In this document: positions 39,545 through 48,731 of the stretch, in pieces
Numbering within the stretch: the first letter of the stretch is position 1
Layout of the letters: every line of letters begins with the position of its first letter
Assembly: GCA_017621475.1 (NCBI GenBank)
Contig: JAGATA010000027.1
Coordinates: 1,084-65,083 of the forward strand
Source: Clostridia bacterium
GTDB lineage: Bacteria; Bacillota; Clostridia; Oscillospirales; CAG-272
Reading direction: 5' to 3'
Length of the DNA stretch: 64,000 nt
Notes under the pieces: model-generated
What the model saw: only the letters and a program-made list of their open reading frames with translations
Databases searched by the model: none
What the model was told of the DNA's origin: nothing
Program-made: the position numbers and the translations under genes

Positions 39545-39660
39545 CTCAAAAAAATTAAAGCCGCATTTGTACGGCTTTAAAAAGTTACATTCGTTTTCGG
39601 TATGTATTATACACACCGCAAAACAGATGATACAGTCTTCTCAAGCCGTGTCACCTTACA
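39545..39660 (-). promoter_or_regulatory. Unclassified 5' leader with terminator/antiterminator potential upstream of metA
   Basis: On the minus strand, the hairpin AAAGCCG-TACAAATG-CGGCTTT plus AATTTTTTT lies 10-45 nt before the metA start. An upstream ACGGCTT (39643-39649) is complementary to the 5' arm (AAGCCGT) of that hairpin. Confidence 0.4.
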
Positions 39661-39961
39661 CATATAAATATTATTGAAAAATAATAAACATATTTTACAT
39701 ACCGCATCAAGAAAATTATATGATTATATTAACATAGCTTTTTTTACCTGTCAATATTATTTTGATTTTTTGCTTGAAAATAAACGCAAAATATGATATT
39801 ATATAATGTAATATAGTGTAATATGAAGAATTTTGCAGAAATATGCAATCTTCACAAACTATGTGATATTCGTTAATCGTTTGTTAAAAAACAACATATA
39901 ATATATATCATATCAAGATAATATATTTACAATAAGCAAAGGATTTTTATCAAAAGAAGGT

Positions 39962-42916
39962 GTGAGATCATTGGCTAATAATAGTTACTCTTTGGGCATA
40001 GATATCGGTTCTACCACAGCAAAGCTTGTTTTGATGGATGGCGAAAATAATATTATATATCGTAAATATCAGCGACACCGTTCCAAGGTTCGCGCAACTA
40101 CGATAGAAATGCTTCGCGAAATGAAAAGTGAACACGATATACAAAATGTAAAGGTTACTGTTTCCGGGTCTGCCGGAATGGGTATGGCAGAGCAATCAGG
40201 AATTGAATTTATTCAAGAAGTTTACGCAACGGGCGAAGTTGTGTATAAACTTGCGCCTGATACGGGCGTAGTTATCGAGCTTGGCGGCGAAGATGCAAAG
40301 GTTATTTTCTATAAAGGCGGAGTTGACCAGCGAATGAACGGTTCTTGCGCTGGCGGTACAGGCGCTTTTATAGATCAGATGGCCGTGCTTCTAAATATGA
40401 CCGTTGACGAAATGGACAAGGCAAGCCTTAAAGCAAACAGAATATACCCCATTGCTTCCCGCTGCGGCGTATTTGCAAAAACGGATATACAGCCCCTCCT
40501 TAATCAGGGCGCGGACAAAGCCAATGTTGCCGCAAGTATTTTTCAGGCGGTTGTAAACCAAACTATTACAGGCCTTATTCAAGGCAGAAAAATAGAAGGT
40601 AAGGTAATGTTTCTCGGCGGTCCTCTCTACTATTGCGAAGGACTAAAAAAACGTTTTTATGAAACGCTCAAGCTCACTGAAGAGACAGCGGTATTCCCCG
40701 AATATGCGCTTTATTCAGTTGCAATGGGCGCTTGTATGTATGCGCAGAACGCCAAGGAGATAACATTTGACGAGCTTCTTTTAAAGCTTGAAGAAAGCGA
40801 AAAAAACGAAACTACGGGTATAGACAGGCTCTCTCCTTTATTCGCTAATAAAGAAGAATACGATTATTTTAAAGCACGTCACAGTAAAGCCACCGTTCCT
40901 GAAACGGATATAAAAACATACCGCGGTAAAGCCTGGCTTGGTATTGACAGCGGCAGTACCACAACAAAGCTTGCGCTTGTTGCGGAAGACAAATCTATAC
41001 TCTACTCTTTTTACAGCTCCAATAAAGGAAACCCCGTTAAGATAATCCGCGAACAGCTTGATATAATTTACGGACTTTGCGAAGATCGCATTACAATTTG
41101 CGGAAGCTCCGTTACAGGTTACGGTGAAGATCTTATCCGCCACGCATTTCATATAGATGAAGGTGTTGTTGAAACTATCGCGCACTATACGGCGGCACGC
41201 TATTTCCGCCCCGACGTTGATTTTATACTCGATATCGGCGGTCAGGATATCAAATGTTTTAAGATAAGAAACGGTGCAATAGATACAATTATGCTTAATG
41301 AAGCATGCTCTTCCGGTTGCGGCTCTTTCGTTGAAACATTTGCGCGTGCTATGGGGTACACTATTGCTGATTTTGCCAACCTCGGTATTTTCGCAAAAGC
41401 GCCCGTGAATCTTGGTTCTCGTTGTACGGTATTTATGAACTCATCCGTAAAACAATCCCAGAAGGATGGCGCTTCTGTTGAGGACATTTCGGCTGGTCTT
41501 TCCGTAAGCGTTGTTAAAAATGCTATTTACAAGGTTATAAGAGCAAACTCCGCAAAAGAACTTGGTGAATGTGTCGTTGTTCAGGGAGGTACTTTCTATA
41601 ACGATGCGGTTTTGCGTGCGTTCGAAAAAGAACTTAAAAATAACGTTATCCGTCCCTCCATTGCAGGTCTTATGGGCGCTTACGGTGCGGCGCTTCACAT
41701 AATGCATTCAGAAAAGAGCACCATTATTTCTCCCAAAGACCTTAAAACATTCAAGCACGATTCCACTTCCGCAATATGCAACGGATGTGCAAACCATTGC
41801 CATCTCACAATAAATAAATTCTCCGACGGTCAGCACTTTATTTCGGGCAACCAATGCCAAAAAGCGCTCGGCATAAAAGAAATAGAGGAGATTCCAAATC
41901 TCCACGCTTGGAAACGCAAATATTTCGAAAGCTTGGAGCCTGTCAGCGGTACAAGAGGAAAAATAGGTATTCCTATGGCGCTCGGTATGTACGAGCTTGC
42001 GCCTTTTTGGCACGCCTTTTTCACGGAGCTTGGCTTTGAGGTCAACTTCTCTGCTCAGTCCAACAGAAAAACTTACGAAAAAGGTCAGTTTACTATTCCC
42101 TCTGATACGGCTTGTTACCCTGCAAAGATAATGCACGGACATATAATAGAGCTTATCGAAAAAGGTCACAAAAATATTTTCTATCCCAGTGTAACGTACA
42201 ACGTAAACGAGCACGCGGGCGATAACCATTTCAACTGTCCCGTTGTAGCGTATTATTCTGAATTGCTTCACGGAAATATGGAGGAACTTAAAGAAGTAAA
42301 TTTCCTTTATCCGTACATAGGCATAGAAACTCCCGCAGAGCTTACAACAACGATTTTCGATGCAGTAAAAGCGCTTGATCCCGAAATTCGCAAATCAGAG
42401 GTAAAAAAAGCCTCAAAAGCCGCCTTTGAAGCATACAAAAAATTCAAAGACGAACTTCGCGCGGAAGGCGATCGTGCGCTCGCTTATGCTCGCTCGAAAG
42501 GCAAGCGCATTATGATACTCGCGGGGCGCCCTTACCATATAGACCCTGAAATAGGTCACGGTATTGACAAGCTTGCCGCTTCCCTTGGGTTTGTTATTAT
42601 CAGCGAGGACAGCGTTTCCGACCTTGCACCTGTTCAATACGTACAGGTTCTTGACCAATGGACGTTCCATTCAAGACTTTACCGCGCCGCACGCTACGCT
42701 ACGGAGCACGATGACACAGAGCTTGTTCAGCTCGTTTCCTTCGGTTGCGGTGTTGACGCGATAACAACGGACGAGGTTCGCCGAATACTTGAAGAAAAAC
42801 ATAAGCATTACACACAGATAAAGATCGATGAGATAACGAACCTCGGTGCTGTAAAGATCAGACTTCGCAGTTTGATAGGTGCGCTTGAAGAAAAGGAGGC
42901 TAAACGCAATGCATGA
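39962..42916 (+). CDS. BCR/HAD-family fusion protein: two BcrAD/BadFG-type activase ATPase modules plus a dehydratase-like C-terminal region (PlsA-like candidate)
   Basis: There are two ASKHA ATPase repeats. The first carries LGIDIGSTTAKLVL at residues 11-24. The second carries LGIDSGSTTTKLALV at residues 326-340, each followed by GGEDAK/GGQDIK and CAGGTG/CSSGCG motifs. A further domain of about 390 aa follows. GTG start at 39962; an alternative TTG lies at 39971. Confidence 0.8.
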   Translation: MRSLANNSYSLGIDIGSTTAKLVLMDGENNIIYRKYQRHRSKVRATTIEMLREMKSEHDIQNVKVTVSGSAGMGMAEQSGIEFIQEVYATGEVVYKLAPDTGVVIELGGEDAKVIFYKGGVDQRMNGSCAGGTGAFIDQMAVLLNMTVDEMDKASLKANRIYPIASRCGVFAKTDIQPLLNQGADKANVAASIFQAVVNQTITGLIQGRKIEGKVMFLGGPLYYCEGLKKRFYETLKLTEETAVFPEYALYSVAMGACMYAQNAKEITFDELLLKLEESEKNETTGIDRLSPLFANKEEYDYFKARHSKATVPETDIKTYRGKAWLGIDSGSTTTKLALVAEDKSILYSFYSSNKGNPVKIIREQLDIIYGLCEDRITICGSSVTGYGEDLIRHAFHIDEGVVETIAHYTAARYFRPDVDFILDIGGQDIKCFKIRNGAIDTIMLNEACSSGCGSFVETFARAMGYTIADFANLGIFAKAPVNLGSRCTVFMNSSVKQSQKDGASVEDISAGLSVSVVKNAIYKVIRANSAKELGECVVVQGGTFYNDAVLRAFEKELKNNVIRPSIAGLMGAYGAALHIMHSEKSTIISPKDLKTFKHDSTSAICNGCANHCHLTINKFSDGQHFISGNQCQKALGIKEIEEIPNLHAWKRKYFESLEPVSGTRGKIGIPMALGMYELAPFWHAFFTELGFEVNFSAQSNRKTYEKGQFTIPSDTACYPAKIMHGHIIELIEKGHKNIFYPSVTYNVNEHAGDNHFNCPVVAYYSELLHGNMEELKEVNFLYPYIGIETPAELTTTIFDAVKALDPEIRKSEVKKASKAAFEAYKKFKDELRAEGDRALAYARSKGKRIMILAGRPYHIDPEIGHGIDKLAASLGFVIISEDSVSDLAPVQYVQVLDQWTFHSRLYRAARYATEHDDTELVQLVSFGCGVDAITTDEVRRILEEKHKHYTQIKIDEITNLGAVKIRLRSLIGALEEKEAKRNA

Positions 42917-44201
42917 TACGACTTTTGTTCCTTTTACGGAGGAAATGAAAAAAGATTATACTATTCTTGTCCCCAATATGCTTCCAAGGCATTTTAAGTT
43001 TATCGTGAGCGTTTTGAGAACTTACGGATACAACGTAGAACTTCTTGAAACAGAAGGACCCGAAATAGCCGAAACAGGTCTTAAATATACACACAACGAC
43101 ACCTGCTACCCTGCAATACTTGTTATAGGACAATTTATGCAGGCGCTTCAATCAGGCAAATATGACCCGCATAAGGTGTCGCTTATAATGTTCCAGACAG
43201 GCGGTGGCTGCCGTGCCTCCAACTATATTTCCCTTATACGCAAAGCGCTTGCGAAAGCGGAAATGGAGTTTGTGCCGGTTATATCTTTCAGTGTTTTAGG
43301 GCTTGAAAAGCACCCGGGGTTCAAGCTAGGTGTAAAGCATCTGCACGCTATGATGTATGGCATTCTTTACGGCGATCTTCTTATGAGCCTTGTAAATCAG
43401 GTACGTCCTTATGAGCTTAACAAAGGAGAAGCCGAAAAACTTGCGGATAAGTTTACCGAGGAGTTGGCGCAGGAAGTCGGCAAGGGACACAAGATAAAAT
43501 ACCCTAAAATAAAAGAAAACTACAAACGCATCATAGAAGAATTCGCAAAGATACCTATGCAGAAGCGCAAAGCGGTAAAGGTTGGCGTTGTTGGAGAGAT
43601 ATTTGTAAAATACTCGCCGCTTGGCAACAATAACCTTGAAGCTTTTATCGTTGGAGAGGGTGCGGAAGTTGTTGTTCCCGGTCTTTTCGATTTCTGCCTT
43701 TACTACGTTTATAATCTTCTTTCGGAATATGAGATATATAAAAAAGGCAAAGCAAAATACCCCTTTTTCAAATTCGCGTATAAATTCCTTCTCAAGAAAA
43801 AAGAGGATATAAGCGAAGCGCTTCGTCAAAACGGAACTTTTGAGCCCTGGACAGATTTTAATCATGTTGCAGAGCTTGGGAAAAGCGTTATAAGCACAGC
43901 CGTTAAAATGGGCGAAGGATGGCTTCTTACGGCGGAAATGCTTGAACTTGCGGAATCGGGTGCAAAAAATATCGTTTGCACACAGCCTTTCGGTTGCCTT
44001 CCCAATCATATCGTAGGCAAAGGTATGATGAAACCGCTTAAAGAGATCAATCCTGAGATCAATATCGTTGCGGTTGACTATGATGCCGGTGCCAGCCGAG
44101 TAAACCAGGAAAACAGACTTAAACTTATGCTTGCAAACGCAAAGCGAAACCTTGATGTTGCTGAAAATAAGGTTGAGGAAAAAGAGCCTGTTACTGTGTG
44201 A
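42909..44201 (+). CDS. 2-hydroxyacyl-CoA dehydratase-family protein (D-component-like; PlsR-like candidate)
   Basis: ATGCATGA start/stop overlap with the upstream gene. HNDTCYPA, FQTGGGCRASNY and TQPFGCLPNH motifs are typical of the HAD/BCR subunit family. Confidence 0.78.
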   Translation: MHDTTFVPFTEEMKKDYTILVPNMLPRHFKFIVSVLRTYGYNVELLETEGPEIAETGLKYTHNDTCYPAILVIGQFMQALQSGKYDPHKVSLIMFQTGGGCRASNYISLIRKALAKAEMEFVPVISFSVLGLEKHPGFKLGVKHLHAMMYGILYGDLLMSLVNQVRPYELNKGEAEKLADKFTEELAQEVGKGHKIKYPKIKENYKRIIEEFAKIPMQKRKAVKVGVVGEIFVKYSPLGNNNLEAFIVGEGAEVVVPGLFDFCLYYVYNLLSEYEIYKKGKAKYPFFKFAYKFLLKKKEDISEALRQNGTFEPWTDFNHVAELGKSVISTAVKMGEGWLLTAEMLELAESGAKNIVCTQPFGCLPNHIVGKGMMKPLKEINPEINIVAVDYDAGASRVNQENRLKLMLANAKRNLDVAENKVEEKEPVTV

Positions 44202-44226
44202 TGCTCCCATTAAAGAAAAATACACA

Positions 44227-44262
44227 AAAACATCCTCCATCGCGCGATGGAGGATGTTTTTG
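44227..44262. terminator. Bidirectional terminator between convergent genes
   Basis: AAACATCCTCCATCG-CG-CGATGGAGGATGTTT perfect 15-bp stem with flanking A and T runs. Confidence 0.85.
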
Positions 44263-44317
44263 TCAAAATTTCATTTTTTCCAAGTCAACAAAAAGCTTTG
44301 ATATTCATTTTCCAATT

Positions 44318-45235
44318 TTATTCTTCAACTGCTTCTTCTTCAGAATCTTCCTTGGGGTTTTTAGGTCCTTTTTTGGGAGGAGCTATAACCTTTACATCTT
44401 CTGCAAGATATGAACGGAAAGTAACAGTATCGCGATCAACATATTTGACCTTTACAAATCCCGTAAGAGGAGAAACCTCGGAAACGGTTCCCTTTCCGTC
44501 TTTCGTTGTAACAAGGCTATCTACCTTGGGGAGCTTTTTGAGTTCTTCCTCGTAAAATTCGTGCTCATAACGCAAGCAACACATAAGTCTGCCGCAAGCA
44601 CCTGAAATTTTTTGAGAGTTGAGAGAAAGGTTTTGTTCTTTCGCCATTTTGATGGAAACCTGAACAAAATCCGAAAGGAACTTTTTGCAACAGAAAGGAA
44701 GGCCGCAAACACCCAAACCACCGATAAGCTTGGTTTCGTCGCGGATGCCTATCTGACGAAGCTCTATTCTCGTTCTGAATACGGAAGCAAGGTCTTTAAC
44801 GAGCTCTCGGAAGTCAACTCTTCCGTCTGCTGTAAAATAGAACATCAATTTTGAATTGTCAAACGTATATTCCACGTCAACAAGCTTCATTCCGAGTTTG
44901 TAATCTTTTATTTTTTGCAAACAAACTTCTTCTGCGATCTTTTCTTTTTCTTTATTTTGATTATATTTTTCTTTATCATCAGCCGTAGCTTTACGTATAA
45001 CGGGGCGAAGCGGAAGAACAACATCTTTTGCGGGAACAATTTTGTTGGGCGTAAAAACAACACCGTATTCAAGACCGCGGGCGGTTTCTACGATAACAGC
45101 TTCGCTTGAGTTTGATTTTAATCCGTTGGGATCAAAAAAATAGGTTTTTCCGTTTTCTTTGAAACGAACACCGATTATTTCGTATTCGTTTTTTTCTTCG
45201 GCCGCAGGAGCGGCATTTTCAATATTTATATCCAT
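44318..45235 (-). CDS. ricT: PSP1-domain protein RicT (YaaT, stage 0 sporulation protein)
   Basis: V.V.F......YF.......L......VIVET.RG.E.G.V and the Cys cluster GVCG..LCC..FL..F...SIKMAK.Q.L....KISG.CGRL.CCL.YE. Confidence 0.88.
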   Translation of the reverse strand: MDINIENAAPAAEEKNEYEIIGVRFKENGKTYFFDPNGLKSNSSEAVIVETARGLEYGVVFTPNKIVPAKDVVLPLRPVIRKATADDKEKYNQNKEKEKIAEEVCLQKIKDYKLGMKLVDVEYTFDNSKLMFYFTADGRVDFRELVKDLASVFRTRIELRQIGIRDETKLIGGLGVCGLPFCCKKFLSDFVQVSIKMAKEQNLSLNSQKISGACGRLMCCLRYEHEFYEEELKKLPKVDSLVTTKDGKGTVSEVSPLTGFVKVKYVDRDTVTFRSYLAEDVKVIAPPKKGPKNPKEDSEEEAVEE

Positions 45236-45253
45236 AATAAATCACATCTTTCT

Positions 45254-46252
45254 TTAAGTTCTGTGCCAAAGATTTTCAGCAAGGTAGGCGGAAGCCAACC
45301 CTAAATTAGAATTAAAAGCCATATTCCCTGTAACTTCCGTAATGAGATCAAGTATATCCAAAACGGAGGAAATTGGGAATACGGAAGAAAATTTTATTGC
45401 CTCGTCCTCCGTAAGAGTTAATATTTCCAATTCATCGGAGTTTTGCGCCGCTAAAATATCACGGTAAAAAAGAGACAAGTATTTCAGCAGAAGTACAAGC
45501 TTTTCGGAATTATCCGCAAACAGAAGAATGATTGAAATGAAATCAAAGTAAGAAACACCTCTGTTTTTTCTTGAAAGCGCGGTAATTATTTCTCGTGCGG
45601 TGGAGAATGCTTCGAATTCTCCGTTTTCGGGATCCAAAAGTCGTTTTACTGCCCCAAGCGCACCACAGGAGGTTTTCAGAGCAAAAGCCATTCTTTCTTC
45701 CGAGGTGGATAAAGCGAGCTCCGGAGCGGATTTTTCGATGTATTCCCTTACTTGCGTTTCTGAAAAAGTTTGCATATTTACGGCTATAACGCGAGAACGA
45801 ACCGTTTGCAAAAGTGAAGCGGGATTTGCACAAATCAGAAAAATGTACACTCGTTTTGGCGGCTCTTCTATAATTTTTAAAAGTGCGTTTTGAGCTTGCG
45901 GTGTCATCTTATCGGCTTTATCGAAAATATACATTTTGAAATCAAGCTCATTAGGCGTAAGATAGACTGTTGACACGAATGAACGCACCGTATCAATACC
46001 GATCCTTTTGTCCTCGGTTGATATGGAAAGCACGTCCGGAGAATGTCCTGTAGCTATTCTGGCTATAGCCTCTTCTTCGGAACCATCGTGTCGAGCAAGA
46101 TTTTGAGCGATGGCTTTTACAAAAGTTTTTTTGCCGCAACCTTCGGGTCCGACAAGCATATATGCGTGAGAAAGCTTGTTGTCTTTTATGCACTGTGAAA
46201 AAAGCGTTTTGACTTCGGAATTTCCGAACAAAGCGTCAAATGCATTTGCCAT
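45254..46252 (-). CDS. holB: DNA polymerase III delta' subunit
   Basis: L.HAY.L.GP.G.GK...A...A..L and KM....QNALLK..EEPP motifs. It sits immediately upstream of ricT, as in Bacillus. Confidence 0.85.
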   Translation of the reverse strand: MANAFDALFGNSEVKTLFSQCIKDNKLSHAYMLVGPEGCGKKTFVKAIAQNLARHDGSEEEAIARIATGHSPDVLSISTEDKRIGIDTVRSFVSTVYLTPNELDFKMYIFDKADKMTPQAQNALLKIIEEPPKRVYIFLICANPASLLQTVRSRVIAVNMQTFSETQVREYIEKSAPELALSTSEERMAFALKTSCGALGAVKRLLDPENGEFEAFSTAREIITALSRKNRGVSYFDFISIILLFADNSEKLVLLLKYLSLFYRDILAAQNSDELEILTLTEDEAIKFSSVFPISSVLDILDLITEVTGNMAFNSNLGLASAYLAENLWHRT

Positions 46253-46376
46253 AATATATACTTTCTGTGTTCATTTTTTGATAACAGTTCTTCATAAAAA
46301 ACCTCACGCATTTCATTTACTTTATATTATAACAAAGTAATGTGATACTGTCAAATAAAAAATGATATTTTACAAA

Positions 46377-46420
46377 TAAAAACCTATGGTGGGGATAAAA
46401 TCCTTTACCATAGGTTTTCT
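46377..46420 (-). terminator. Rho-independent terminator after spoVAE
   Basis: AAACCTATGGT...ACCATAGGTTT 11-bp stem, followed on the minus strand by TTTATTTG. Confidence 0.75.
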
Positions 46421-46422
46421 GC

Positions 46423-46791
46423 TTAGTCTCTTGGTCTTGATCTGAATATAAGCGCAAAGAGATATCCGAAAAATATTGCCGCTGTAATACCGCCCGCGCT
46501 TCCCGTAAGCCCGCCTGTGAGAGCTCCGATAAGACCTTTTTCATCTACAGCCTTTCTAACTCCCTCTGCAAGAGTATATCCGAAACCTGTAAGAGGAGTG
46601 GATGCGCCGCAACCTGCAAACTCTATAAAAGGTTTGTAAACTCCCAAAGCTCCGAGAATAACACCAAGCGTTACCAGGCAAACAAGAATCCTTGCCGGGG
46701 TAAGGGCAGTTTTATCTATAACTATCTGTACGATAGAACAGATAGCGCCGCCCACAAGAAAAGCTTTTAATATATCCCAAAATAAATTCAT
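46423..46791 (-). CDS. spoVAE: Stage V sporulation protein AE
   Basis: About 120-aa membrane protein with AFLVGG.IC...Q...D.T..TPA and G..GA..P.TGF motifs. It follows spoVAD with a 4-nt overlap. Confidence 0.85.
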   Translation of the reverse strand: MNLFWDILKAFLVGGAICSIVQIVIDKTALTPARILVCLVTLGVILGALGVYKPFIEFAGCGASTPLTGFGYTLAEGVRKAVDEKGLIGALTGGLTGSAGGITAAIFFGYLFALIFRSRPRD

Positions 46792-47792
46792 TCTTTGTCC
46801 CTCGAATCACATATTCTTACAAGATGTGCAATTCCGGGGATGCTTCTGCCCTGTTGAAGGCTGGATGGACTCATAAGCGCACCTGTTGCAATATAAAGAA
46901 TATCGGAGAGTGTCTTTTTCTCAAAGCGTTTCATAATATGACCTGCAATAACCGAAGCACTGCATCCGCAACCCGAACCTCCTGCGTGCATATCTTGTGT
47001 GTCTGCATTATAGAGCATAAGACCGCAGTCATTATACGATTTATACATATCATACCCTGCGTTTTTCATAAAATCGCAAATTATAGAATGTCCTTCTTTG
47101 CCGAGATCTCCTGTGAGTATCAGATCAAAATCCGAAGGGCTTTTTCCGCTTTCTGCAAAATATTTTGTAAGTGTATCATAAGCTGCAGGAGCCATAGCAG
47201 CTCCCATATTATTTATATCGGTTATACCGAAATCAACGATAGTTCCTGGCAAAACTTCTCGGATATAGGGACCGTTTCCCTCGCAGGAAATAATAAGCGA
47301 TCCTGCCGCCGTGGCGGTGCGTTGAGAGGTCGGCGTTCTTTGCCCGCCATATTCAAGCGGATAGCGAAACTGGCGTTCTGCTGTACAAAAGTGCGATGAC
47401 GCAATAACTCCACATCGCGAAAATGAGCCGCTATCAACGAGTAAGGATGCGAGAATACATCCTTCGGCAAATGTTGAACATGCGCCGTAGAGCCCGAAAA
47501 ACGGTCTGTTAAAGCATTCCGCACCGTATGAAGAACCAACACATTGATTCATAAGATCTCCTGCAAAAACGGCATCAAGATCATTGCTTCGAATATTGGA
47601 TTTAGCGAGAGCAAGGTTTACTGCAAGGCGTTGCATCTCACTTTCTGCTTTTTCCCACGTATTCATACCGAATTTTTCCTTTTGATCGTGCAAGTCAAAA
47701 TCATCGTGTAAAGGCCCTTCGTGTTCTCGCCGCCCGACGACGGCGGCATATCCGATAATTGAAGGCGCGTTTTTTAGGCGAATAACACTCAA
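46788..47792 (-). CDS. spoVAD: Stage V sporulation protein AD (thiolase-fold)
   Basis: P.I...A.VVG..E.EGPL...FD, GDL.NQ, and the ACST thiolase-like Cys region GLYGACSTFAEG. The TTG at 47792 overlaps the spoVAC stop (GTTGA) and has GGGGGTGA upstream. The ORF also opens at the TTG at 47813. Confidence 0.9.
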   Translation of the reverse strand: MSVIRLKNAPSIIGYAAVVGRREHEGPLHDDFDLHDQKEKFGMNTWEKAESEMQRLAVNLALAKSNIRSNDLDAVFAGDLMNQCVGSSYGAECFNRPFFGLYGACSTFAEGCILASLLVDSGSFSRCGVIASSHFCTAERQFRYPLEYGGQRTPTSQRTATAAGSLIISCEGNGPYIREVLPGTIVDFGITDINNMGAAMAPAAYDTLTKYFAESGKSPSDFDLILTGDLGKEGHSIICDFMKNAGYDMYKSYNDCGLMLYNADTQDMHAGGSGCGCSASVIAGHIMKRFEKKTLSDILYIATGALMSPSSLQQGRSIPGIAHLVRICDSRDKE

Positions 47793-48235
47793 CTTATCAC
47801 CCCCGATATCCAATATATAACGCCATATATTACGGATGCTATAACACCGTAAACAATAACAGGTCCTGCAATAGTAAACATTTTGGCACCAACACCCATA
47901 ACAAGCCCTTCGCTTTTATCGTCAAGTGCGGGAGCGACCACCGCATTTGCAAAGCCTGTTATCGGAACAAGAGTTCCGGCTCCCGCATATTTTGCAATTG
48001 AATCAAAGACTCCGATTCCTGTAAGAAGAGTTGCTATAAAGACAAGGGTTACGGGAACCAGAGTTCTTACTGTTGTTTCATCTATTTTGAGATATAGATA
48101 AAGGTTGTATATTCCTTCGGCAAATGCGCAAATAAGACCGCCTATCAGAAAGGCAAAAAACATATCTTTGAAAAGCGGAGAGGAAGGCGCTCTTTGCTTT
48201 GCATATTTTTGGTATGTCTGTTTATTTATTTTCAT
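47789..48235 (-). CDS. spoVAC: Stage V sporulation protein AC
   Basis: Y.KY.K...P.S......F.AF..GG.IC..G and GAG..VPITGFAN motifs. Length is 148 aa. Confidence 0.9.
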   Translation of the reverse strand: MKINKQTYQKYAKQRAPSSPLFKDMFFAFLIGGLICAFAEGIYNLYLYLKIDETTVRTLVPVTLVFIATLLTGIGVFDSIAKYAGAGTLVPITGFANAVVAPALDDKSEGLVMGVGAKMFTIAGPVIVYGVIASVIYGVIYWISGVIS

Positions 48236-48317
48236 AAAAATCTCCCTTCGAAAATAGTTTTTTCCGCGAAAAAATTTTTATTCATAAAATCTTTTTTGAT
48301 TTATTATAATTATATGT

Positions 48318-48345
48318 TTGACTTTTTCAAAAAATATGTTAGAAT
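48318..48345 (+). promoter_or_regulatory. Sigma-A-type promoter for the ferredoxin gene
   Basis: TTGACT (48318-23), a 16-nt spacer, then TGT-TAGAAT (extended -10, 48337-45). Confidence 0.55.
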
Positions 48346-48422
48346 ATATGTGTAAAGGTATTCAACGACGGCTGAGTACCCTGTTAACATATTTCAGCGC
48401 CGTCGAGAACGGAGTTTCTATT

Positions 48423-48596
48423 ATGGCATACAAGATCGACAAAGAAAAATGCATTGCTTGCGGTGCTTGCGCAGATGCTTGCCCCGTTGGTGCTATCTCT
48501 GAAAAAGACGGAGTTTATGTAATCGATGCAGACGCTTGCCTTGATTGCGGCGCTTGCGAAGGTACTTGCCCTGTTGGCGCTCCCGAAGCAGAATAA
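48423..48596 (+). CDS. 2x[4Fe-4S] clostridial-type ferredoxin
   Basis: 57 aa with CIACGACADACP and CLDCGACEGTCP. The ATG at 48423 is preceded by ACGGAG. The upstream part of the 92-aa ORF is leader sequence. Confidence 0.9.
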   Translation: MAYKIDKEKCIACGACADACPVGAISEKDGVYVIDADACLDCGACEGTCPVGAPEAE

Positions 48597-48611
48597 TCTT
48601 TTTCGTTACAT

Positions 48612-48647
48612 CGAAAAAACGGTTCCTTGCAGGAACCGTTTTTTTCG
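48612..48647 (+). terminator. Rho-independent terminator after the ferredoxin gene
   Basis: AAAAACGGTTCC-TTGCA-GGAACCGTTTTT, then a T-run. Confidence 0.85.
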
Positions 48648-48731
48648 TATTGTGCATTCTTGAAAAGTATGTGTAAATCTTTTCTTTTTTGGAATACTAA
48701 AACCATATTCTTTTAAAAAGGAAGAAACAAA

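Noticed and set aside
39533-39700. metA leader as a canonical S-box (SAM-I) riboswitch or Met T-box
   Set aside because: I could not find the conserved S-box core strings, the T-box sequence or a specifier-loop layout. The leader is also too short for a T-box. It is therefore reported only as an unclassified attenuator.
39840-39895. 17-codon ORF (MKNFAEICNLHKLCDIR) in the long AT-rich region upstream of the BCR/HAD genes
   Set aside because: It has no Shine-Dalgarno sequence and is very short. Nothing distinguishes it from chance in AT-rich intergenic DNA.
43326-44240. 304-aa minus-strand ORF
   Set aside because: It is antisense to the HAD-family subunit gene and has no motif. It is an F/K/I-rich reverse-frame artefact.
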